The notes: generated from the letters alone by a model not told the origin. 48,763 nt of DNA from a virus (IMGVR_UViG_3300043640_000055:1-48763), one strand, 5' to 3'. Counted from the first letter of the stretch, positions 26,088 through 33,551 are shown. Numbers and translations: made by a program.

Positions 26088-26114
26088 CCGTCCATTTTGG
26101 GCGGGTTTTTCTTT
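26088..26114 (+). terminator. Rho-independent terminator (homologous to 11516)
   Basis: ccgtcc-atttt-gggcgg followed by gtttttcttt. Shares ggcgggtttttctttg with the 11516 terminator. Confidence 0.65.
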
Positions 26115-26125
26115 GAGGACCATCA

Positions 26126-27535
26126 ATGGCCGGACGTTTCAATAACCCGTTTCCTCAGTTCTTCGATTCATCGCCCAACGTCTATTCGGGCGGGAAGCTG
26201 TATTTCTACGCTTCTGGCACGTCCACGCCGCTTTCCACCTATACCACGAAAGCACTGGCGGTCGCCAATACTAACCCGGTTGTGCTCAATTCTGCCGGGC
26301 GTCCATCGACCGATATCTTCCTTCAGGACCTCGAATACAAGGTCGTCCTGAAGGACGTTAACGACGTGGTGATCTGGACCGCTGATCCGGTATCCCATCG
26401 CGATTCCGCCTTGGTGGCAAAGACCCTGACCGGGAACGGCTCTCCCAACGGGGCTGTGGCTGGCACAGCGGGCTCGGCAAGCATTCTGCCGGACTTCTAT
26501 TGGGATTATACCAACTCGGTTCTGTACGTCTGTACGGCCACGGGAACGGCTTCAACAGCGGTCTGGACAGCGGTTAATGCGTCTTCGGCCACGGCTGCTG
26601 TTCCGCCTCCGCAGGGGAGATTGACGCCGGTATCTGGCGCCAGCGTTATTTCTTCGGACGCAACATCTGTCACGGCCATCTATTATACGCCCGTCGTCGG
26701 AAATCTGGTCCCGATCTATAACGGAGCTTCGATGATCCCGACCGAGTTCTCAGAACTCACGCTGACACTGGCAGCAAGCCATGCGCTCAATACGATCTAT
26801 GACGTGTTCGTGTTTTCCAATTCCGGAGTTCTCACGCTGGCAACTGGTCCGGCATGGAATACGTCAACGGCAGGATCAGGAGCGCGGGGGACGGGAGCCA
26901 GCACCACGCAGATTGCGCGGGTCAAAGGTCTTTATGTTAACGCCGTCTCCATGACGGGCCGGAATGGTGCGAACACATACACGATCGGGGCTAACCTCGC
27001 GACCTATCTTGGTTCGATCTTCATTGATGGCACGGCGGGACAGGTGACCTGTCATACGTCTTACGGGCAGTCGCGAAAGTGGGGAGTGTGGAACGCCTTC
27101 AACCAACGGCAAATCCTCCTTAAGGCAGGGGATGCTACGGCGTCATGGGCGACGGCCACCGCCACATGGCGGCAGTCGCGAGCCGACGCCACGAATTTTG
27201 CGATGGCGTTCACTGGTTTAGCGGACGGCACCGTCACTGCAATGTTCGAGCAATACGTAACTCTCGCCATGGGTAACAATACGCCAGAGGCCAATATCGG
27301 CATCGGGATAAACTCGACGACGGTCCTGTCCGGGCAACTTGGAGGCGCGATGCTGTCGGATAATATCTCCGGCGTCTTCTTTATGAATGCCAATTTGGTT
27401 GCCAAAACCGATCTGGTTCCATCCCTCGGCGCCAACCAGTTCAACATGATCGAGCAGGCGCCGACCGTTTCTGCGAGCAGCACATACAACGGCGGTTCAT
27501 CCAAAATGCGGATGGACCTGTCCTATCCGGGCTAA
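26126..27535 (+). CDS. Tail fibre / receptor-binding protein (second set)
   Basis: N-terminal FFDSSPNVYSGGKLYFYASGTSTPLSTYT...NPVVLNSAGRP...YKVVLKDVNDVVIWTADPV is a common phage fibre N-domain pattern. Confidence 0.7.
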   Translation: MAGRFNNPFPQFFDSSPNVYSGGKLYFYASGTSTPLSTYTTKALAVANTNPVVLNSAGRPSTDIFLQDLEYKVVLKDVNDVVIWTADPVSHRDSALVAKTLTGNGSPNGAVAGTAGSASILPDFYWDYTNSVLYVCTATGTASTAVWTAVNASSATAAVPPPQGRLTPVSGASVISSDATSVTAIYYTPVVGNLVPIYNGASMIPTEFSELTLTLAASHALNTIYDVFVFSNSGVLTLATGPAWNTSTAGSGARGTGASTTQIARVKGLYVNAVSMTGRNGANTYTIGANLATYLGSIFIDGTAGQVTCHTSYGQSRKWGVWNAFNQRQILLKAGDATASWATATATWRQSRADATNFAMAFTGLADGTVTAMFEQYVTLAMGNNTPEANIGIGINSTTVLSGQLGGAMLSDNISGVFFMNANLVAKTDLVPSLGANQFNMIEQAPTVSASSTYNGGSSKMRMDLSYPG

Positions 27536-27594
27536 CAAAATGCGCCAATCCACCTACCTTCACGTTCAAGCGCGGCTGCAATCTCGGTATCGAT

Positions 27595-27633
27595 ACGATG
27601 CCGTAGGCCTCACCAAACGCCCTTCATAATCTC
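27595..27633 (+). repeat. 39-bp perfect direct repeat, copy 2
   Basis: Identical to 17980..18018. Carries an orphan ...TMP-stop fibre end next to the real 3' end of the minus-strand gene 27610..27804. Confidence 0.95.
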
Positions 27634-27804
27634 GTCGTGGCTTTCTTCGGCAGTTGGCATCCGGTACTGCCATTTCCCGTCATTGCCCATGCGCCGCATG
27701 AGCTTTCTGAACGCGGTGTGGTGCCAGCGTCCATCGCGCATCTGGTGTTGATGCCAAACGAATACGGCGGCGATAACCGAGAAAATCACAAGACCTAGGA
27801 GCAT
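27610..27804 (-). CDS. Small N-terminally anchored membrane protein (64 aa), moron
   Basis: MLLGLVIFSVIAAVFVW TM span. Opposite strand to all flanking late genes. Confidence 0.55.
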   Translation of the reverse strand: MLLGLVIFSVIAAVFVWHQHQMRDGRWHHTAFRKLMRRMGNDGKWQYRMPTAEESHDEIMKGVW

Positions 27805-27813
27805 TTTCGATCT

Positions 27814-28035
27814 CTATTCGCGCTGACGCTGCCACCAATCGACTATGTTTGGCTCACCGGGCCGCACCGGGCCGGGAACGCAGATGAAGTCGCTCGCTTT
27901 GCCCGATTTCGCGATCATGCGGGCAGTATACGCCCGGCCCGCGTCATCGCAGGACATCTCGCTACCGTAGCCGGGCACGGAAGTCAGGCCGGGCGAACCA
28001 GCGCCTACGCTGGCGATTAGCACCAAAACCCACAT
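27814..28035 (-). CDS. Small secreted protein (73 aa, signal-peptide-like N-terminus), moron
   Basis: MWVLVLIASVGAGSPG..., ATG at 28035. The track offers a TTG start at 28053. Confidence 0.5.
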   Translation of the reverse strand: MWVLVLIASVGAGSPGLTSVPGYGSEMSCDDAGRAYTARMIAKSGKASDFICVPGPVRPGEPNIVDWWQRQRE

Positions 28036-28326
28036 GCCGGGAACCTTTACCAACCCACTCCCACAATCATCAAGAGAACACCAAGCCGAATCTCAAAGGC
28101 CGCCAAGGGCTACGGCAATGGCGGCGACCACGGCAATCGAAGCGCCACCGTAAAGAACCAATGAAATTATTTGATCTGTCATAGGCGGAACCTACCACCA
28201 CAACCCCTGATTTCACAAGAGAACAGACCATGCCTCTTATCGTCTTTTAGCGAGGGAAGGCTGTTTCAATTTACCACCGAAACCGCGGGAAACGTCTCGC
28301 GATCACCCTACTAGCGAGAAATCTGC

Positions 28327-29238
28327 ATGAATTGGCCCAAGGACACTCAAGCGGCCCGGAACGCCTTTTATGGCGACCCTGGCAAGGGGCAGATCGCGTC
28401 CCAGATGGTGCCGGTCGTCCCGCCCTTCGCGATGTATTACGACGGCAAGCGGGTGAAGGCGATCCAGTTCCACCAGAAGGCCGCGCCCGCGCTGCTCGCC
28501 GCCCTCAATGAGATCTGGGACTATTGCCAGCACGATCAGGCCAAAGTCGATGCCTCCGGGGCGTCCAATTACAACGGCGCCTATAACCATCGCATGGTCC
28601 GCGGCTCGTCCACCAAGTGGTCGAACCATGCCTATGCCACTGCGATCGACCTGAACGCTGGCGAGAATGCCCTTGGCGTCAAGAAGGGCACGATGCCGCA
28701 ATTCATCGTCGATGCCTTCTGCCGGCAGGGTGCGATGTGGGGCGGCTGGTATAACGACCGCCCCGATTGGATGCATTTCGAATTTGTGGACAACGGCGGG
28801 CGCAAGCCCAAGTCCGCGCCTCCAGTATTTGGCGCAAGCGTTCCGGTCGCGAGTGCGCCAGCTGACGAACTTGAAGAGGATACCGAGCACGAGGCCGAAA
28901 CCGCGCCTGCCCCGAAGGCAATGTCAACGTCCAAAATCGGCGTGACGCAGATCGCTACCGGCACCACGGCAGCGGTTGTCGGAACCGCTCAAGTCGCGTC
29001 ATCCGTGGTCGGCCAAGTCAATGACGTTGCCGATCAGGTTTCGACGGTAACCGACAAGGCCGGATCGATCATCGAAACCACTAAAACGGTCGTGGCTATC
29101 CCAAAGCCCGGCTTCTGGTTCCATGTCCTGCACGCCATTACGAGCCCGGTTTTCATCGCCTGCGTCTGCCTGATGATCGTGGTCGCGTGCGGGCTGACTT
29201 GGTACTGGCGCCGGCAGCACGCAAAGGCGGGTGTCTGA
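28327..29238 (+). CDS. Endolysin: M15-family zinc peptidase with acidic linker and C-terminal TM anchor
   Basis: SNHAYATAIDLN (H-x6-D type) and DWMHFEF motifs. C-terminal hydrophobic span ITSPVFIACVCLMIVVACGLTWYW followed by RRQHAK. Confidence 0.8.
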   Translation: MNWPKDTQAARNAFYGDPGKGQIASQMVPVVPPFAMYYDGKRVKAIQFHQKAAPALLAALNEIWDYCQHDQAKVDASGASNYNGAYNHRMVRGSSTKWSNHAYATAIDLNAGENALGVKKGTMPQFIVDAFCRQGAMWGGWYNDRPDWMHFEFVDNGGRKPKSAPPVFGASVPVASAPADELEEDTEHEAETAPAPKAMSTSKIGVTQIATGTTAAVVGTAQVASSVVGQVNDVADQVSTVTDKAGSIIETTKTVVAIPKPGFWFHVLHAITSPVFIACVCLMIVVACGLTWYWRRQHAKAGV

Positions 29239-29624
29239 TGTGGGCTCTCTCGTATCTGTGGGCGAATTTCGCCCTAATCCTTGTCGTGACCTTGGCTGTT
29301 GTTGGCCTCGGGTTTCTCGCGTTCTTCCTGAAGAACTGGAAGGCCGCGCTCGCCGCCGTTGTTGTTCTGGGTCTGGGCTTTGCCTACATGCAGATCGACA
29401 AGAACGCCTATCAGCGGCGAGTTAGTGAGGAAGCGGCCGAACGGGTCGATGCCCTCAAAAAGCAGATCAAAAACATGAACGAAGCGGCAGAAGCCGACGC
29501 GCTGCGAGCCATTGAAGATGCCAACAAGATTGCAGAACTGGAAACCAAAGCCAATGAAACTCCTGCGAATAGCGGCGCTTGTCTCGATATCGATGGCGCT
29601 CGCCGGGTGCGAAACATCAAGTGA
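29238..29624 (+). CDS. i-spanin-like membrane protein (two hydrophobic spans plus coiled coil)
   Basis: ATG overlaps the endolysin stop (TGATG). NFALILVVTLAVVGLGFLAFFL and AALAAVVVLGLGFAYM, then a charged helical tail. A lipoprotein gene is embedded at its 3' end. Confidence 0.55.
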   Translation: MWALSYLWANFALILVVTLAVVGLGFLAFFLKNWKAALAAVVVLGLGFAYMQIDKNAYQRRVSEEAAERVDALKKQIKNMNEAAEADALRAIEDANKIAELETKANETPANSGACLDIDGARRVRNIK

Positions 29625-29820
29625 CGTGAAGCCGGGAGATTTACCCCCGGTCCCGTCAGATATTCAGGTTTGCTTCCGCAAGAGCGCGTCCATTATCCCC
29701 GACCGTGCGTTGTCGGTCTATGACGTGGAATCGCTCTGGAAACAGGACCGGATCAAGGTTGTCGTCATGGCGAAGTGCGGCAATCGGCTGGTGGCTTGGT
29801 ACAACGGGCTGCGAAGATAA
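29554..29820 (+). CDS. o-spanin (outer-membrane lipoprotein), overlapping arrangement
   Basis: MKLLRIAALVSISMALAGC lipobox, Pro-rich mature N-terminus. Starts inside the previous gene in another frame. Confidence 0.7.
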   Translation: MKLLRIAALVSISMALAGCETSSDVKPGDLPPVPSDIQVCFRKSASIIPDRALSVYDVESLWKQDRIKVVVMAKCGNRLVAWYNGLRR

Positions 29821-29947
29821 CAAAGACGGCCCGGCTTTGTGGTGGAACACTCAGCCGAGCCTAACCGCCATAGGGCTGGAACCCTAACGACGGCTGGGAA
29901 AATTCCTAGCGGAGAAATCGTTAACAAGCTGGGAAGAAGAAGTAAGC

Positions 29948-30319
29948 ATGTGGGAGCCTGGGGTCATCATCGCCCTCGTCATGGGGGCTGTTGCCATCCT
30001 GAGTAACGTGATTTCGGTCACGGTTTTCGTGGTCAGGCTGGGTGGGAAAATAGACCTGAACAATTCGACGGTCATCGGCAAAATCGATGTCATCGATCTT
30101 CGGGTTAAAGGCGTGGAGGCGGGCATATCCGACCTTAAAAACACCGACCGCCGTCTTTCGCTCGTTGAAGACAGGCAACAAGCCCTTGCTACCCGTCAGG
30201 GCAATATGGAGAAGGATAACCTCCTGATCCGTGACGACTTAGGCAAGCTGCATCAGGGGCTGGACCGTCACGGCACGGTAATGCAGCGGTTTAACGAACA
30301 GCAATTTTCCAAAACCTAA
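29948..30319 (+). CDS. Single-TM coiled-coil protein (123 aa); role in lysis unclear
   Basis: GVIIALVMGAVAILSNVISVTVFVV followed by a heptad-like charged region. Confidence 0.5.
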   Translation: MWEPGVIIALVMGAVAILSNVISVTVFVVRLGGKIDLNNSTVIGKIDVIDLRVKGVEAGISDLKNTDRRLSLVEDRQQALATRQGNMEKDNLLIRDDLGKLHQGLDRHGTVMQRFNEQQFSKT

Positions 30320-30338
30320 CCCTCATTGAAAGCATCAC

Positions 30339-30686
30339 ATGATCTCTCGCCTCGTTCTGGCGGCGCTGGCGCTTGCCTGTGTCGTTACCCCTTCCTATGC
30401 AGCCCAACTTTGCGAGGCGAGTCATTACGGCCATGGCGATGGCTACAACGGGCGTAGGACGGCCAACGGTGAGATATTCGACACGTACCGGCATATGACG
30501 GCGGCGATGCGGATACCGCAGCCGTTCGGCTCCTATGTGACTGTGACGAACCTTGCAAACGGGAGAAGTGTGAGGGTCCGCATCAACGACCGCGGCCCGT
30601 TCATTCGGGGCCGGTGCGTGGATCTGTCCTACGTGGCGTCTCGGGCTATCGGGATGGGTGGTACGGCTCGGGTGAGCGTCCAATGA
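30339..30686 (+). CDS. Secreted RlpA-like double-psi beta-barrel (lytic transglycosylase-type) protein
   Basis: Signal peptide MISRLVLAALALACVVTPSYA. ASHYG...GRRTANGEIFD...AA....PFGSYVTVTNLANGRSVRVRINDRGPF is the RlpA/DPBB signature. Confidence 0.75.
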   Translation: MISRLVLAALALACVVTPSYAAQLCEASHYGHGDGYNGRRTANGEIFDTYRHMTAAMRIPQPFGSYVTVTNLANGRSVRVRINDRGPFIRGRCVDLSYVASRAIGMGGTARVSVQ

Positions 30687-30781
30687 TAAAGGCCCTGATC
30701 GCAATCGCCGTTGTCATCGTGATCCTGTTCATTGCCTACTTGTGGCAGGAAAGGCGGGAGGCGAAGCGGTGTTTGAAGTAA
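30683..30781 (+). CDS. Micro membrane peptide (32 aa)
   Basis: ATGA-coupled to the RlpA-like gene. MIKALIAIAVVIVILFIAYLWQERREAKRCLK. Overlaps the 3' end of the convergent gene 30729..30947. Confidence 0.35.
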   Translation: MIKALIAIAVVIVILFIAYLWQERREAKRCLK

Positions 30782-30947
30782 CCCGCGCGCAGTTCGGGCA
30801 AAACGTACCCTTCCGATAGGACCATGTGCATCCAAACGTCCTGCATTTCGTCCAGCAATCACAGCCGCCCTGATCGACGCCGCAAACCGCGCATTGCAAT
30901 TTGAGTTTGCCGGACCTGAGAGCGGCGAAATCCTCTGCAATGCTCAT
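30729..30947 (-). CDS. Cys-rich small protein (72 aa)
   Basis: ATG 30947 overlaps the stop of the upstream micro-ORF (ATGA). CAVCGVDQGGCDCWTKCRTFGCTW...FCPNC. Confidence 0.45.
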   Translation of the reverse strand: MSIAEDFAALRSGKLKLQCAVCGVDQGGCDCWTKCRTFGCTWSYRKGTFCPNCARVTSNTASPPAFPATSRQ

Positions 30948-31054
30948 AGTGAGCTGGCGACCGCAATGACCGCGAAGCCCACGACCATGGCTGATAGCGG
31001 CCACGTCCATGGAGGGCAGGAGTCGCCATACCACTTCTCTAGAAATTGGCTCAC
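30944..31054 (-). CDS. Micro membrane protein (36 aa), paralogue of 31871..31993
   Basis: GTG after GAGAGGG-N7. (M)SQFLEKWYGDSCPPWTWPLSAMVVGFAVIAVASSL. Confidence 0.5.
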   Translation of the reverse strand: MSQFLEKWYGDSCPPWTWPLSAMVVGFAVIAVASSL

Positions 31055-31071
31055 GTTGAAGCCCTCTCGGT

Positions 31072-31118
31072 AGCAGGGTGATCGCGATATCTCGCAGATC
31101 GTTCGGTGTTCGATTGAA
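31072..31118 (-). repeat. Intergenic repeat R2, copy 1 (core GGGTGATCGCGATATNTCNCAGATCNTTCGG plus TCGATTGAA)
   Basis: Read directly. Lies 18 nt upstream of the GTG of 30944..31054. Confidence 0.9.
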
Positions 31119-31300
31119 ACAAATAATCTATCACAAAACTCTAAATCCAGAAAGCTAGAATGACCCCAGCCCTCGCCATCCTCTACTTTTTCGGTCCTGT
31201 ATTACCGGCGATGGTCTTGCTTGATTACATGATCAAGAGAGAACCGAATACGCCGGGGTGTTGATGCTGTACGCAGCGGCTGTGTTTTGGGATTGGTGGT

Positions 31301-31639
31301 TTAGGCGGCGACCGGCGCCTTGACGTTCTCAGGGGCGGGCCAACGCTCAACGAACGAATCCATCATCGGCTTGCTGGCGAACCCGAACCATGTCCATCCG
31401 AAAACGGTCGCACTGCCACGAAGCCACTGGCCGGGCTTCTCATGGATCGGCGACGCCTGATCCCCGAAAGTGTCGTAACACCATTCCAGCATCTCGCGCT
31501 CACGCCCTTCGGGGCGGTCGCCGGTATAGGCATCCACCATCCACCTGAAGCCGTCCCACACCTTGCGCATGAGCGCGGCTCGCTCGTCGTCTTCGTAATT
31601 GAACGCAACCATTCGATCATAAAGTGCTGTAGCCATCAT
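31301..31639 (-). CDS. Hypothetical protein (112 aa)
   Basis: GGAGATGG RBS; Trp-rich. Confidence 0.55.
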   Translation of the reverse strand: MMATALYDRMVAFNYEDDERAALMRKVWDGFRWMVDAYTGDRPEGREREMLEWCYDTFGDQASPIHEKPGQWLRGSATVFGWTWFGFASKPMMDSFVERWPAPENVKAPVAA

Positions 31640-31691
31640 CCATCTCCACTATCCCGACGCTCCTCGCGTCGTCAGAACTACCGGGGCCGCG

Positions 31692-31859
31692 TCAGGCAAA
31701 CCACTTGTCCACCTTCTCGTATTCGTCAACCACGTCCTGATAGCCGAGCGCCTTAAGCAGATCGCACAGGACGCCATCTGCGTTGCTGTGCGCCGCTTCC
31801 GTGTCTCCTCTTTGCTGCTCCAGCTTGAGCAATTCAATCGCAGTATTTCGGTCCATCAT
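31692..31859 (-). CDS. Hypothetical protein (55 aa)
   Basis: ATG 31859 after GGAGAGAGA. The longer track ORF reads through the upstream micro-gene in another frame. Confidence 0.5.
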   Translation of the reverse strand: MMDRNTAIELLKLEQQRGDTEAAHSNADGVLCDLLKALGYQDVVDEYEKVDKWFA

Positions 31860-31870
31860 TCTCTCTCCAA

Positions 31871-31993
31871 TCATCCAGACAATTGTAGCACGGCGGCGAT
31901 GATAAAAATCACGGTACCGGCAGTCATCGTTGCCAGCGGCCAAGTCCATGGCGGGCATCGATCGCCAAACCACATCTCGAGAAATTCGCTCAT
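31871..31993 (-). CDS. Micro membrane protein (40 aa), paralogue of 30944..31054
   Basis: MSEFLEMWFGDRCPPWTWPLATMTAGTVIFIIAAVLQLSG. Shares MS-FLE-W-GD-CPPWTWPL with its paralogue. Confidence 0.5.
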   Translation of the reverse strand: MSEFLEMWFGDRCPPWTWPLATMTAGTVIFIIAAVLQLSG

Positions 31994-31997
31994 CGTT

Positions 31998-32363
31998 TCA
32001 CTCATCCGCCCTCGGCACATCGTATTTGTCGGCAGAACCGGCGGGACGGCGAGGTCCGAGTTCGGTTAGGGCTTGGTCGATCATGGCGTGCCATGCCTGG
32101 TTGGGGTAGTTGCCGAAGTTTTCGGATCGCCCCGCCTCAATCATGTCCTCGGTCGGTTCCCGCATTGCTTCGATGGCAGCACGAGCCAGTGACCGTGATG
32201 TTTCGCGGGCAGACTCTTCCGCGTCTTCCCAAGCGCAAGCATCCCCATCCCAGTAATCAAGCCATAGTGCCTTCGCGACTCGTTCAATCATCTCGTTCAT
32301 CTCAAAATCCTTCTGCGCTTCCGTCATTCCTTGCTGAGTGCCGGTAAAGCCGATGGTGGTCAT
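31998..32363 (-). CDS. Hypothetical protein (121 aa)
   Basis: ORF track. The start is uncertain; internal ATGs occur at MTEAQ and MNEMIERV. Confidence 0.5.
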   Translation of the reverse strand: MTTIGFTGTQQGMTEAQKDFEMNEMIERVAKALWLDYWDGDACAWEDAEESARETSRSLARAAIEAMREPTEDMIEAGRSENFGNYPNQAWHAMIDQALTELGPRRPAGSADKYDVPRADE

Positions 32364-32364
32364 G

Positions 32365-32592
32365 TCAGGGGCCTGTGTGTTTCAAGGATTCGCGCTCGGC
32401 ATATCCGCACTTTTCGCAGAACTGCGGATGTTCCGGATGAGGCACATACTGATGCCGCTCGCTGGCGCGTTCAACCCACGGCCATTTTATCCCCTTGTCG
32501 TCTCGGATTTGGTTGGCTGCTTGCTCTACGGCGCTCCAGCTACGGCGGCTGATTGCTGCATGAAGCGATTGAATCATCGGGTGGTCGTTCAT
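32365..32592 (-). CDS. Hypothetical protein (75 aa)
   Basis: GAGGAGA RBS; C-terminal CEKCGY. Confidence 0.55.
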   Translation of the reverse strand: MNDHPMIQSLHAAISRRSWSAVEQAANQIRDDKGIKWPWVERASERHQYVPHPEHPQFCEKCGYAERESLKHTGP

Positions 32593-32649
32593 TGGGGTCT
32601 CCTCGTTATGATATTGAATCGCTTCGCCGCCTTCCGTCGCGGCCCTGCA

Positions 32650-33144
32650 TCAGGTTTCGGCTTGCCGTGGTCGATCGGCTACCTTGCGCGCCCGCTTGGC
32701 TACCTCGATTTCGCGGGAACAGGTATTACAACCATTTGCAAAATCCTCTGGAAGGATTCCGCCCCGGCAATGCGGGCAGCTTACTGCCATTTGATGGCCG
32801 GACCACGCTCTGTCGAGATGTTTGGTGGCGCGAAGTCTCGCCACGGATTTCAGCGCTTCGTTCGCGGTCGCCATCTTATGGCTGGCGTCTCGCTCCATCG
32901 CCTCAAAACGGCGGGTGAAGATTAGAAAGGCATCGAAATTATCGATTGTCCTCTCGCAATTCTCACACCAAACGCGGCGTTCGGTTTGGTTGTAGATGAG
33001 CGCCTTGTGCTCACAAGTTTTGACCCGGTAAGGGGTTCTGCCGCTGCGAATCCGAACGCTGTCGAGATCGACCACGACGCCGACATAGCAGCCGCCATCT
33101 GGCAGAACTTCTAACGGCGGGTCTTTTGGCGTGTCAGTCATCAT
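32650..33144 (-). CDS. Zn-ribbon-containing protein (164 aa)
   Basis: Cys pairs WCENCERT and SCPHCRGG...CNTC. Confidence 0.55.
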   Translation of the reverse strand: MMTDTPKDPPLEVLPDGGCYVGVVVDLDSVRIRSGRTPYRVKTCEHKALIYNQTERRVWCENCERTIDNFDAFLIFTRRFEAMERDASHKMATANEALKSVARLRATKHLDRAWSGHQMAVSCPHCRGGILPEDFANGCNTCSREIEVAKRARKVADRPRQAET

Positions 33145-33224
33145 CGATCCTGTCTCTTTGCCTTACGATTCCCCCCCGCGTGATGTTGGGATGGGGGAGT
33201 GGAATTTGCGGGAGTAGGGCATAG

Positions 33225-33515
33225 TCAATGCGTTTTGCTTTTGGTGTGCCCGGGTTCGACGGTGAGATTTAGGCGATTGATCGAGGCTCGTATGTTGTCG
33301 GCCCATATCCATTCGGGAATGACGACGTTCCCCTTTTCGCGCGGAGCCATCGAATCGTGAACGGTTATAAAAGCGGCGAGTCTGTAAAGCTCCTTCACGA
33401 TGCCGCGCTCAAGTGCTTCGGTCGGCAGGCCATCGCAAGCCGCTAGGGCCGCAGCGCGGCGCCGATCATCGATTTCATAAGTTTTGCCCGGCTCGTTATC
33501 GCGGCTGTCGCTCAT
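33225..33515 (-). CDS. Hypothetical protein (96 aa)
   Basis: ATG 33515 after GGAGGG-N5. Confidence 0.55.
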   Translation of the reverse strand: MSDSRDNEPGKTYEIDDRRRAAALAACDGLPTEALERGIVKELYRLAAFITVHDSMAPREKGNVVIPEWIWADNIRASINRLNLTVEPGHTKSKTH

Positions 33516-33551
33516 CTTCACCCTCCAGTTTCACCCAATGGAATTGAACGG

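Noticed and set aside
28093-28182. 29-aa hydrophobic minus-strand micro-ORF (MTDQIISLVLYGGASIAVVAAIAVALGGL)
   Set aside because: It is plausible as a third moron gene, but it has only a weak RBS and no paralogue or coupling to support it. It is mentioned under the moron finding only.
31160-31264. 34-aa + strand micro-ORF (MTPALAILYFFGPVLPAMVLLDYMIKREPNTPGC) in the gap of the leftward cluster
   Set aside because: It is a lone + strand ORF with no RBS inside a minus-strand operon. The gap more likely holds regulatory sequence upstream of R2 copy 1.
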